From Labilithrix sp. (GTDB lineage: Bacteria > Myxococcota_A > Polyangia > Polyangiales > Polyangiaceae), in assembly GCA_026128965.1 (NCBI GenBank), contig JAHCIY010000002.1:1808468-1872467 (forward strand): a DNA stretch of 64,000 nucleotides, read 5' to 3'. Under the pieces are notes generated by a model. That model was not told the origin of the DNA. It made no database searches and worked only from the letters and a program-made list of their open reading frames with translations. Position numbers and translations under genes: made by a program. Numbering within the stretch: the stretch's first letter is position 1; every line of letters begins with the position of its first letter. Of the stretch, positions 8,972-19,567 are shown in pieces.

Positions 8972-9679
8972 ATGAGCTACTACTGGATGTATTATGCAGT
9001 GATGCTGTTCGCGGCGTTCGCGCAGCAGAATCCGTACGTCGCGCTCGGGGTCGTGGGGTTCTTCCTCGTGCGGCGATGGTTGCCCGATCCCGTCGTCATC
9101 GTGAAGAACCTCGGACGTATCTCGGGGCTGAAGCGCCAGGCGACGATGAACGCGGCGAACGTCACCGTGCGGCGCGATCTCGGGCAGGCCTACCTCGATC
9201 TCCGCTGGCACGGCTCGGCGCTGCGGTGGCTCGACGAGGCGCGCGCGAAGGCCCCGCGCGATCAGGAGATCGCCTACCTGCGCGGGCTCGCGCTGCTCGG
9301 GAAGGGCAGGGCAGAAGACGCGCTGCGCGCCTTCGGCGAGGCGGTGGGGATCGATCCCGACAAGGGCGAGCCGTTCTCGAGCGCGAGCTCGAAGGCGAAC
9401 GAGCGCACCTTCCGGCGCTTCGGCGAGGCGTACCTCGGCGCGGCGAAGGCGCTCGAAAAGCTGGGGCGCCACGAGCAGGCCGAGGAGGCGCTCTGTACGT
9501 GCACGACCTTCAACTCGTCCACCCTCGAGCCGCTCGTGATGCTCGCGCGCGTCCGCGCTCGACGCGGCGACGAAGCGGGCGCCGCCGACGCACGCCGGCA
9601 AGCCCGGAAGACCTGGCGCGAGCTCCCCGGCTTCATGCGGCGCCGTGAGCTCGGATGGTGGCTCCGCTCGTTCGTCTAG
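8972..9679 (+). CDS. membrane-anchored TPR-like protein
   Basis: N-terminal hydrophobic helix (YYAVMLFAAF..VALGVVGFFLV) followed by helical repeat-like sequence. Confidence 0.65.
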   Translation: MSYYWMYYAVMLFAAFAQQNPYVALGVVGFFLVRRWLPDPVVIVKNLGRISGLKRQATMNAANVTVRRDLGQAYLDLRWHGSALRWLDEARAKAPRDQEIAYLRGLALLGKGRAEDALRAFGEAVGIDPDKGEPFSSASSKANERTFRRFGEAYLGAAKALEKLGRHEQAEEALCTCTTFNSSTLEPLVMLARVRARRGDEAGAADARRQARKTWRELPGFMRRRELGWWLRSFV

Positions 9680-9724
9680 GACCGCGAGACCGCCCGCCGC
9701 CCTGAAGCCAAGCCACAAGAGCGC

Positions 9725-11335
9725 GTGGCGAAGTGTCAGGTCCGGACGGGCCCGCCGTCTGGTGCTACGAGCATGGCCTGGCGAGATCGACCTGCGACGT
9801 TTGCCGCCGCGACGCTGGGGGCCGCGTTCGACGCGGCGCGAGGACGAGCCGCGGCCGCGGCCGATCGCGCCGCGGCGGCTTCGGTCGTCGCGGCGCTCCT
9901 CCCCCACGTCGAGCCGACGGAGCGCACGATCGCCGAGTCGGTCGAGACGCTCCTCGCCTGCGTCGACGATCCCGCCGCGATCGAGGTCGTCGCCGCCGCG
10001 CTCCCCGCTCGCGCCCGCGACGACCACCGCATCGCCGCCGCCCTCGCGCGCGTCGCGCGCCGCGCCCACGAGCGCGGCGCCGCTCGCTCCGTCCTCGTCC
10101 TCCTCGATCTCCTCCTCGCGACGCCGGAGAGCGCCGCCCTCGTCGACGAAGCGTGGGCCGCCGCCGCGTTCGCCGCGCTCGCGCCGGCGGAGGTGGGGAG
10201 CTCACCGCGCGTGGCGCGCGTGCGGAGGCTCTGGGCGGAGCACAAGAAGACGCGACCGAGCTGGCTCGGCGACGTCGACGACGAGAAGACCGACCTGTTC
10301 CTCCCGAGCTTCTCCCGCGCGCGTCACGCGGAGCTCGTCGCCGTCGGCGCGATGCCTCCGCCCGTCGCGCGCTCCGCCGGCCGCTACCGGCTCCTCGAGG
10401 AGATCGGCGCCGGCGGCATGGGGACGGTGCACCTCGCGCGCCTCGCCGGCTCTTGCGGCTTCGAGCGCTGGGCCGCGATCAAACAGCTCCACCCCTACTT
10501 CCAGGAGGACGACGACTTCGTGCGGATGTTCCTCGACGAGGCGCGGCTCACCGCGGCGATCGTCCATCCGAACGTCGCGAGCATCCTCGAGCTCGGAAGG
10601 GAAGACGACGGCTACTGGATCGCGATGGAGTACCTCCACGGCGAGCCGCTCTCCGCGTGGCTGCGCAGCGTCCGCGTGAGCGGCCGCCCGGTGCCGCCGG
10701 AGATCGCCTGCCGGATCGTCGCCGACGCCGCGGCGGGCCTCCACGCCGCGCACGAGCTCGCGTCCCCCGACGGCGCGCCGCTCGAGCTCGTGCATCGTGA
10801 CGTGACCCCGCACAACGTCTTCGTGACGTTCGACGGCGCGACGAAGGTCGTCGACTTCGGGCTCGCGAAGCTCTCCGCGGTGGAGGGGACGCGCTGCGCG
10901 GGCCGATCGGTCGCGGGGAAGCTCCCGTACATGTCGCCCGAGCAGGTCCGCGGCGAGCGGGTCGATCGTCGCGCCGACGTCTTCGGGCTCGGCGTCATCC
11001 TCTGGGAGCTCACCACGACGCGCCGCCTCTTCCGCCGCGAGACCGATCTCGACACGCTCTCGCAGGTGCTCGAGTGCACGCCGCCGCGACCGAGCACCGT
11101 CGTCGCCGGCTATCCCGGCGACCTCGAGGGCGTCGTGATGAAGGCGCTCGCGAAGGACCCCGCCGCGCGCTACGCGACCGCGCGGGAGCTGTCGCGCGCG
11201 CTCTCGTCGGTCCTTCATCGACGGAGCCTCCTCGTCGGCGCGGAGGAGGTCGCGGCGTACGCGCGCTCCCTCCTCGCCGATCAGGTCCGCGCGCGCGACG
11301 CGTGCCTCGCGCGCCATCGCGGCAGCATGACCTGA
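9725..11335 (+). CDS. Ser/Thr protein kinase with Ala-rich N-terminal region
   Basis: The Hanks kinase motifs are present: GAGGMGTVHLA, AIK, HRDVTPHNV, DFGLAK, SPEQ. The true start may be the internal M at about 9773. Confidence 0.8.
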   Translation: MAKCQVRTGPPSGATSMAWRDRPATFAAATLGAAFDAARGRAAAAADRAAAASVVAALLPHVEPTERTIAESVETLLACVDDPAAIEVVAAALPARARDDHRIAAALARVARRAHERGAARSVLVLLDLLLATPESAALVDEAWAAAAFAALAPAEVGSSPRVARVRRLWAEHKKTRPSWLGDVDDEKTDLFLPSFSRARHAELVAVGAMPPPVARSAGRYRLLEEIGAGGMGTVHLARLAGSCGFERWAAIKQLHPYFQEDDDFVRMFLDEARLTAAIVHPNVASILELGREDDGYWIAMEYLHGEPLSAWLRSVRVSGRPVPPEIACRIVADAAAGLHAAHELASPDGAPLELVHRDVTPHNVFVTFDGATKVVDFGLAKLSAVEGTRCAGRSVAGKLPYMSPEQVRGERVDRRADVFGLGVILWELTTTRRLFRRETDLDTLSQVLECTPPRPSTVVAGYPGDLEGVVMKALAKDPAARYATARELSRALSSVLHRRSLLVGAEEVAAYARSLLADQVRARDACLARHRGSMT

Positions 11336-11336
11336 C

Positions 11337-12158
11337 TCACTCGGGCAGCGGGAACGAGCCGTTGCAGGGGCCGAAGCGACCGTTCGTGTCGTCGCCGCCG
11401 CGGTACCACTTGCCGTCCTTGCACTGCTGCCAGACCTTGTCGAACTTCGACTCGACGCAGGCCCCGGGCTCCATCGTGTCCTGCAGCGTGTTCGAGAAGC
11501 AGCCGCCGACGATCGCGGCCGGGGGCGGCGGCGGCGCGGGCGTCGCGGGATCGGGCTCGCTCGGCGAGCCGGGCGTCGCGGGATCGGGCGTGCTCGGCGC
11601 GGGCGTGGGCGCCGGCGCGCTCTCCGCTTCGTTCACGTCGTCCTCGGTCGGCTCGGGCATCGACACCGGCGTCGTCACGACGTCGGTCCCGGGCTGCGTC
11701 GCGGCCGGCGGCGGCGGCGGCTTCATGCGATCGCACTCGGACTTGTGCGCCGTGTAGCTCGACCAGGTCTCGATCCCCTCGGCCTCGAAGATCGCGCGGG
11801 CGCACTGCGCGTTGAGGGCCGGATCGTAGAGCTCCTCCGTGCTGTTCGGGCAGCCGTCGAGCTCGCCGACGTACTTGCTCGCGATCTGGAAGAGGCCGCG
11901 CTTCACGTTGCGGCCGCTGCGGTCGAGGGCGCGGTCGTAGTAGCTCGACTCGTACTTCGCGGTGCAGAGCATCTTGCCGATCGCGCTCTCCTCGAAGCCG
12001 GCGGCGCGGAGCTCGCTCGAGACCTGCGACGGCGAGAGGCGGGTCCCGGTGAGCAACTTCACGTCGCGCCCCGACTCCCCGACCTCTTCGGCGGCGCAGC
12101 CGACGAGCACAGCGAGGAGAGAGGCAACAGCGACCCGGAGGAAGGTGGCGGCGTTCAC
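11337..12158 (-). CDS. C-type lysozyme/alpha-lactalbumin (GH22)-like lipoprotein with Pro-rich linker and Cys-rich C-terminal domain
   Basis: Lipobox LVGC. CTAKYESSYY...RGLFQIASKY...C...QCARAIF...EC aligns to hen lysozyme CAAKFESNF...YGILQIN...NCAKKIV...RC. The catalytic Glu is conserved and the Asp52-equivalent position appears substituted. Confidence 0.6.
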   Translation of the reverse strand: MNAATFLRVAVASLLAVLVGCAAEEVGESGRDVKLLTGTRLSPSQVSSELRAAGFEESAIGKMLCTAKYESSYYDRALDRSGRNVKRGLFQIASKYVGELDGCPNSTEELYDPALNAQCARAIFEAEGIETWSSYTAHKSECDRMKPPPPPAATQPGTDVVTTPVSMPEPTEDDVNEAESAPAPTPAPSTPDPATPGSPSEPDPATPAPPPPPAAIVGGCFSNTLQDTMEPGACVESKFDKVWQQCKDGKWYRGGDDTNGRFGPCNGSFPLPE

Positions 12159-12298
12159 GCCAGGGGTATCAGCAACGGTCGGACCAACACCTACAACGAC
12201 GCCTCACCCCAAATTTCAGGTACATTTCGGTGTGGGCGGACACTTCCAGTGTCGGAAGGGTGGACAATTCTCCCACCAGTGCACACGAGATGCCGGCG

Positions 12299-12709
12299 TC
12301 AGTGGACGGTGGAGAACGGATCGGCCTCGGGCTCCGGGGTCGGCTCGGGCGGGGGCGGCGGCTTCTTCGGTGGCGGCGGAGGGCGCTGCTTCACCGGCGG
12401 CGGCGGTGGCGCGGCGGTCGGCTCCGCCGCCGGATCGTCGCCGATCGTCAGCGTCGCCGGCCTCGTCTCCGTCTCCGTCTCTGCCGACGTCAGCTCCGCC
12501 GTTGCGGCCGGCGTGGCGGCTTCGCTCGGCGCAGCACGATGGTCCCACCGTTCGGGACGACCGAAGTAGAGTCCCGCGACGCCGAGCCCCGCGACGAGCG
12601 CGCCGATCCCGAAGAGAAATAGCCAGGTTCCGCCGCGCGATCGCTTCGGCCGCAGACCGTGGCGGGTAACGAACGGATCGGTCGCATCCATACCGCGAGC
12701 GCATTGCAA
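12299..12709 (-). CDS. small membrane-anchored Pro-rich protein (TonB-N-terminus-like)
   Basis: One TM helix (WLFLFGIGALVAGLGVAGLYF) followed by PPPPPVKQRPPPPPKKPPPPPEP. Confidence 0.35.
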   Translation of the reverse strand: MQCARGMDATDPFVTRHGLRPKRSRGGTWLFLFGIGALVAGLGVAGLYFGRPERWDHRAAPSEAATPAATAELTSAETETETRPATLTIGDDPAAEPTAAPPPPPVKQRPPPPPKKPPPPPEPTPEPEADPFSTVH

Positions 12710-12730
12710 GGCTGCGGCCCGCGCGCTGCG

Positions 12731-13543
12731 TCAGAGCTTCCCGTCGAAGCACTCTTCCTTCATCGCGGCGAAGGCGACCTCGCTCTTCATCAGCTTCATG
12801 TGCGAGACGTCCGCGACGACGACGTTCTTTCCGTCCGGGAACTGTCCGCCCGCCATCGGCGTGTCGATCGTCCCGTCCTGGGGCGAGATGACGGAGCAGC
12901 GCACGATCGAGGCGAGCTCGGCGCGATGCTCGTCCATGTACGCCATCACCGGCGCGGACTGGAACGGCGAGTACGTCGTGTAGACGTCGGTGCACCGGAA
13001 GCCGAGCCGGCAGTTGAATGGCTGCTTGTCCTGTCCGTAGATCGGCGACGACAACGCGACGAACGCGCGGACCCGCGGCGTCATCTTCCGATCGAGGACG
13101 GCGCGCAGCGCGATGATCCCTCCGAGCGAATGCCCGAGCACGTCGAACTTCGTCGTCGCCGGATAGCCCGCCATGACGCCCTCGAGCTTCGCGCCGATCT
13201 CGCCGACCATGCCCGCGAGGTCGCTGCCGTCGTCGTAGTCGCCGAGGTCGTGCGCGTGCCGCTCCCCGTCGAAGCCGGCCGCGATCATGAGCTTCTTGTA
13301 CGTATCGAACGAGCGCATGCCGTCGACGAAGCCCGGCGCGCCCGCGCCGAAGCCGCGCACGAACAGCTTGGGGACGACGCCGTCCTCCTCCGGAGCGCCT
13401 CCCGTCGCAGGTGCAGGTGCAGCCTCGTCGACGCGCGGCGCCTCGTCCGTGAGGACGACGACCGGCACCGGCGGCGCGTCCGTCTCGGCGGCGGAGGTGC
13501 AGGCGGCGAGAGCGAGCGCGCAGAGGGGACCGAGCGAGCGCAT
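12731..13543 (-). CDS. alpha/beta-hydrolase lipase/esterase lipoprotein
   Basis: MRSLGPLCALALAAC lipobox. GHSLGG nucleophile-elbow motif. Confidence 0.75.
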   Translation of the reverse strand: MRSLGPLCALALAACTSAAETDAPPVPVVVLTDEAPRVDEAAPAPATGGAPEEDGVVPKLFVRGFGAGAPGFVDGMRSFDTYKKLMIAAGFDGERHAHDLGDYDDGSDLAGMVGEIGAKLEGVMAGYPATTKFDVLGHSLGGIIALRAVLDRKMTPRVRAFVALSSPIYGQDKQPFNCRLGFRCTDVYTTYSPFQSAPVMAYMDEHRAELASIVRCSVISPQDGTIDTPMAGGQFPDGKNVVVADVSHMKLMKSEVAFAAMKEECFDGKL

Positions 13544-13648
13544 CGCGCGCGAGGCTGCAACCGTCGTTCCGCCCGCGCTCGCTCGTCGATCTCCGCGGAG
13601 ACTCGCGCGCATCGCACCTGGCCCCCGATTCGATCGCGGACCGGGGTG

Positions 13649-14242
13649 TCACGCGCGCGATGCAAGCGCGGCGACCGCCGCCGCGGCGGCGAGCTTGTGC
13701 GCCGCCTGCCACGGCGGCCCGATCGACTTGCCCATCGCGTCGATCGCGGCGCTCACGCGGACGCGCTCGCGATCGTACCAGTGCACCTTCCATCCGCGCG
13801 CCTCCGCCGCGGCGGCGAGCGCCTCGCGGTACATGACCGTGTCGGCGTAGGTCTGCGCGCGGTTGTCGGCGATGCGCTCCTCGACCGTCGGCGGCAACGG
13901 CGGGCACACGCGGAGCGTGATGCCGCGGATCGGGACCTTCGTCGACGCCACCGCCGCCGCGAGATCCGCGAGCGCCTCCCGCGCGCCGCGTGCGGCGGCC
14001 ACGCGCACCCGCTCGACGAGCGCGACGGCGTCGGCGAGCGGCATCGGCCGCGCGCCGGGGGTGCTCAGGTAGCGGCCGACCGCCCACGATCCTTGATGAT
14101 GATGCGGGTGCGTCGGCATGTCCGGGCCGGTGAGGTCGACGCGTCTTCGATCGAGCAACGCTCCGTCCGATGCGATCGTGACGAGCACCGCGGAGCTCCC
14201 GTTCTCGACGACACCGACGACGGCGGTCCGTGCTCTCGCCAT
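13649..14242 (-). CDS. hypothetical protein
   Basis: Protein-like composition. Start chosen at MARART so that it does not overlap the divergent VOC gene. Confidence 0.45.
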   Translation of the reverse strand: MARARTAVVGVVENGSSAVLVTIASDGALLDRRRVDLTGPDMPTHPHHHQGSWAVGRYLSTPGARPMPLADAVALVERVRVAAARGAREALADLAAAVASTKVPIRGITLRVCPPLPPTVEERIADNRAQTYADTVMYREALAAAAEARGWKVHWYDRERVRVSAAIDAMGKSIGPPWQAAHKLAAAAAVAALASRA

Positions 14243-14315
14243 GCCCTTCGCTCCAGCGTACACCGCGTCGTCGCGACCGTTGACGACCTCGCCGCTTCGT
14301 TCGACGCTGCCGCGC

Positions 14316-14738
14316 ATGGGAAACCCTTTCGTGCACCTCGATCTCGCGACCGACGACGTCAAAGCGGCGAAGAAGTTCTACCGGAGCGTCTTCGACTGGA
14401 AGCTCACCGACTTCCCGGAGATGCAGTGGACCGGCATCGACGTCGGCAAGGGCGTCGGCGGCGGCATCGGCGCGAAGCAGTCGCCCGATCAGCCGACGTC
14501 GTGGACCGCCTACGTCGACGTCGCGGACGTGAAGAAGACGATCGCGAAGGCGAAGAAGAACGGCGCGACGATCGTCATCCCATACATGGAAGTCGGGAAC
14601 ATGGGCGCGCTCGGCGTCTTCGTCGATCCGCAAGGCGCGACGCTCGGCGTCTGGCAGACGGCGAAGAAGGCCGCGAAGAAGGCCGCCGCGAAGCCGAAGG
14701 CCAAAGCGAAGGCGAAGGCCAAGACGAAGAAGCGCTGA
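14316..14738 (+). CDS. VOC (glyoxalase/bleomycin-resistance fold) protein with Lys/Ala-rich histone-H1-like C-terminal tail
   Basis: MGNPFVHLDLATDDVKAAKKFY is a VOC N-terminus. The tail is AKKAAKKAAAKPKAKAKAKAKTKKR. Confidence 0.75.
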   Translation: MGNPFVHLDLATDDVKAAKKFYRSVFDWKLTDFPEMQWTGIDVGKGVGGGIGAKQSPDQPTSWTAYVDVADVKKTIAKAKKNGATIVIPYMEVGNMGALGVFVDPQGATLGVWQTAKKAAKKAAAKPKAKAKAKAKTKKR

Positions 14739-14747
14739 CGGGACGGA

Positions 14748-15812
14748 TCACTTCCGGGCGGCGTCGCGCGCCGTGAGGCGCTCGACGGTCCCGACCATCG
14801 AGGCGGGGAGATCGATCGTGAGGTGGTCGCCGCGCTCGATCTTCGTGTCGTGCCGCGGCCGCGTCTGCTTGCCGGAGCTCCGCGCGAGCGCGACGATCCG
14901 CCCGTCGATCTCGTCCTCGCAGCTGACGACGGTCTTCCCGTCCCACTCGCTCGGCGCCGAGATCTCCATGTCGACGCGGAGGTCGCCGTTGGAGCGGTAC
15001 ACGCCGAGCACGCCGTTCGAGATCGCCTGCAGCGCGATGAGCGGCCCCGCGAGGGCCGACGCGCTGAACGTCTTCTCGATGTCGAGCGCGGAGCCGATCT
15101 TCTCGGCGACGCGCTGATCGAACACGCGCATCACGACGCGGATGTCCGGGTTCTCGCGCTTCGCGTCGATCGCGACCTCGAGGTTCGTGAAGTCGTCGTC
15201 CGTCGCGCACACCACCGCGTGGGCCCGCGCGATGCCCGCGGCGGAGAGCAGGTCGTCCTGGCGGGCGTCGCCGTGGTGCACCGGGACCGAGAGCCGCTCC
15301 GCGGTCTGGACGAACGACTCCTTCTTGTCGCGCTCGATCGCGACGACGTCGACGCCGAGCGCCTTGAGCGACTCGACGATGCGGATGCCGACGTGGCCGA
15401 GGCCGCAGACGACGATGTGACCCTTCATTCGATCGGTCATGATCTTCACCCAGAGGTTGCGTCGCTCCTCGACGTCGAAGACCGACGCGCCGACGCGCAC
15501 GACGCCGCGGACGAGCAGGAGGACACCGAGCGCCGGCGTGATCCAGAACACGAAGCGGGCGATCGGCGCGTGCGGCAGCGTCGCGGTCGGCTCGAAGAAG
15601 AGCTGCGTGTACATCCCGTACATCTCGGCGCCGAAGTCCTCGCGCGCCTCGCCGATGCGGCCCATGTCCCACCGAACGATCGACGCCGCCGCGACGATGT
15701 ACACCGCGGTCGCGACGAGCCACGGCACCATCTTCCACACGAAGTGCCAGAAGATCGGCGACGACAGCGACGGCGTCGTGGCGAAATCGGGCTGCGGTCT
15801 CTTGCGGTTCAA
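14748..15812 (-). CDS. membrane protein with TrkA-N/RCK (NAD-binding) domain
   Basis: N-terminal TM helices, then HIVVCGLGHVGIRIVESL Rossmann motif, typical of RCK domains. Confidence 0.75.
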   Translation of the reverse strand: MNRKRPQPDFATTPSLSSPIFWHFVWKMVPWLVATAVYIVAAASIVRWDMGRIGEAREDFGAEMYGMYTQLFFEPTATLPHAPIARFVFWITPALGVLLLVRGVVRVGASVFDVEERRNLWVKIMTDRMKGHIVVCGLGHVGIRIVESLKALGVDVVAIERDKKESFVQTAERLSVPVHHGDARQDDLLSAAGIARAHAVVCATDDDFTNLEVAIDAKRENPDIRVVMRVFDQRVAEKIGSALDIEKTFSASALAGPLIALQAISNGVLGVYRSNGDLRVDMEISAPSEWDGKTVVSCEDEIDGRIVALARSSGKQTRPRHDTKIERGDHLTIDLPASMVGTVERLTARDAARK

Positions 15813-15863
15813 GGCGCTACGCGCACCAGGCTACGCCGCGAGCGCCGCGCGCGACGGAAAAGA

Positions 15864-16745
15864 TCAGCGCGCGGGCGGACCGAGCTCGATCTTTTGCGCG
15901 AGCTTCTCGCGCTGCTCCGGCGTCAGCACCGAGACGAGGTCCGCGAGCGGGTTGCCGCGGAGGTGGAGCTCGACGTTCGGCTTCGCCGTGGCCGGCGGCG
16001 TGACGAACGCGGTCGCGTCGAAGCTGTCGGCCTTGAAGCTCTGGAGCTTCGCCTTCATGTCGAGGCGGGCCGCCTCCATGTTGCCGCGCATCTCCGCGAG
16101 CTTCGCCGGGTCGGGCCTCGCCGGCGCGCTCGCCTCGATCCGCGCCTTGAGCTCCTCCTTCTGCGCGTCGGTGAGCCCGAGGTCGTCGCCGAACGGGAAG
16201 ACGACCTTGCGCATGACGTGGGGCGGACCCTTGGCGCCCTTCGGGCCCTCCTTGCTCGGATCGACCTTCGGCGCGTGGGCCTCGATGTCGTCGACGAGCG
16301 CGGCGCGTTGCGAGGCGGTGAGCGTGTCGTGGAGCGTCTGGATCGTCTTCGCCGTCGCGGCGAGGTCCGGCGCCGGCGGCTTCGGGAGCGCGGCGACGTT
16401 CCCGGCGCGGATCGCGGCCGCGAGCTCCTTCGCGCGGCTCGGATCGAAGGGCGGACGCTCGCGGTGCGTGAGCCCCTCGATCGTCGCGCGCTGCTCGGCG
16501 GTGAGGTCGAGCGGCGCGCGAAGGGCCGCGCCGACGAGGAAGTCGGGGCCGCCGTGCGGGCCGTGGCGGTGGATCGGGCCGGCGCCGCGCTCCTCCGCCG
16601 ACGCGAGCTCGACCTGCGTGACGATCTGGGTGCGCGCCGAATCGGTGGTCTCCGCGCCGGAGGTAGTGCCGCTCTCCGCGCTGCAACCTGCGACGAGGGA
16701 GGCGAGGGCGAGGACCGGAAGCGAGAGCGAACGAATCGAGATCAT
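15864..16745 (-). CDS. periplasmic LTXXQ-motif (Spy/CpxP-like) lipoprotein
   Basis: MISIRSLSLPVLALASLVAGCS lipobox. Three LTxxQ motifs: LTAEQRATIEGL, LTDAQKEELKARIE, LTPEQREKLAQKIE. Confidence 0.7.
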   Translation of the reverse strand: MISIRSLSLPVLALASLVAGCSAESGTTSGAETTDSARTQIVTQVELASAEERGAGPIHRHGPHGGPDFLVGAALRAPLDLTAEQRATIEGLTHRERPPFDPSRAKELAAAIRAGNVAALPKPPAPDLAATAKTIQTLHDTLTASQRAALVDDIEAHAPKVDPSKEGPKGAKGPPHVMRKVVFPFGDDLGLTDAQKEELKARIEASAPARPDPAKLAEMRGNMEAARLDMKAKLQSFKADSFDATAFVTPPATAKPNVELHLRGNPLADLVSVLTPEQREKLAQKIELGPPAR

Positions 16746-16914
16746 GGGGCTGTCTTTCTCCTGAAGCTCCGTGGCTCGGAGCGTGCTGGGGCTCATCGCA
16801 AAGGGCCTGCCAATCGATGACTCCCCAAAAAACGCGTCAATTCGCGGTCGCGCTCGGCGAAGAGTGCAGAATCCGCACTCCATCGGCTGCGGGTTCCGCA
16901 GTAAGGACGAAGGC

Positions 16915-18224
16915 ATGAAGACGGGTCGGCTGGGCGGCGTCGCGATGGCGGCGCTCGCGGTCGTGGCGCTCGGGGTGACGGTGGCGACCTCGCGCCGCGC
17001 GCTCGCGGACGCTTCCGAGCTCGTCGCGCGCGGCGAGAGCGACATCGTCCTCGCGGCGCTCGCGTCGGAGCTCACGGCGGAGGAGGTGCAGCCGCCGAAC
17101 GCGGAGACGCTGCGCCGCCTCCTCGCCGCTCACGAGGCGGAGGGCCTCCGCTACGTCGCGCTCGTCGATCGCGAGGGCCGACCCGTCGTCGAGGCGGGTC
17201 ACGCGACGATGCCCTCCGGCCCCGCGCGCCCCGGCGCCGCGACGATCGAGGGGCGCCGCGTCCGCGCGCTCGGGATCGTCCCTCCTCCTCACCCGCCCGC
17301 GCTCCCGCACGAGCTCCCGCCGATCGACGCGCATCGCGATCGTTCCCCCATCGACGGCTCGCCTCGCTACGTCGTCGTCCGGCGCATGAACGCGGGGCCG
17401 CTCCTCGCGGTGGAGCTCGAGCCGCCGATGATGGTGACGCTCCAGCGCGATCACACCCGCGTCGGCGTCGTCGCCGCGATGGCGAGCGCGATCCTCCTCG
17501 CGTTCGCCGTCGCGTGGTCGCGCAGCGCGCGGCGCGTCGCGGCGCTCGAGGCGAGCGCGGCGCGGGCGCAGCGCCTCGTCGCGCTCGGCAGCATGTCGTC
17601 GGTGATGGCGCACGAGCTCCGCAACCCGCTCGCGTCGCTCAAGGGCCACGCCCAGCTCCTCGTCGAGGACCTCGCCGAGGCCGAGGCCGCCGAGGGCGCG
17701 GACGCGAAGCGGCGCGCGAAGGCGGAGCGCGTCGTCGCGGAGGCGGAGCGCCTCGAGGTGCTCACGACCTCGCTCCTCGACTTCGTCCGCGACGGGCCGA
17801 TCGAGCGCGCCGCCGTCACGCCCCGCGCGCTCGTCGACCGCGCGCTCGCCGATCTCGACGGCGCGCGCGTGCAGGTCGATCTCGATCGCGCGCCGCCCGC
17901 GATCGACGCCGACCTCGACCGCCTCGGCCGCGCGCTCCACAACGTCGTCGACAACGCGCTCAAGGCGAGCGACGCGGAGGTCTCGCTCGTCGCGACACAC
18001 GAGGACGGCCAGCTCCGCGTCTCGGTGCGCGATCGCGGACCCGGCCTCCCGCCCGGCGAAGAGGCGCGCATCTTCGAGCCGTTCGTGACGACGCGCACGC
18101 GCGGGACCGGCCTCGGCCTCGCCGTCGCGCGCCGCATCGCGGAGCAGCACGGTGGTACGCTCGACGGCGCGACGCACCCCGACGGCGGCGCGGTCTTCGA
18201 CCTCCGGATCCCGGTGCAGGCGTC

Positions 18225-18228
<4 letters not shown>
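16915..18228 (+). CDS. sensor histidine kinase
   Basis: TM helices, H-box SVMAHELRNPL, N-box NVVDNALKAS, G-boxes DRGPGL and GTGLGLAV. Confidence 0.85.
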
Positions 18229-19565
<1,337 letters not shown>

Positions 19566-19567
19566 CG

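Noticed and set aside
8840-10069. 409-aa minus-strand ORF
   Set aside because: Antisense to the TPR and kinase genes.
12216-14776. 805-aa minus and 705-aa plus long ORFs
   Set aside because: Both are Arg/Asp/Gly-rich and cut across three genes that are well supported on the opposite strands or frames (lipase, hypothetical, VOC).
14575-16820. ORFs 14575-15738(-), 14823-16820(+), 15439-16764(+) and 15817-16686(-)
   Set aside because: Alternative or antisense frames of the TrkA-N and LTXXQ genes. No motifs, biased composition.
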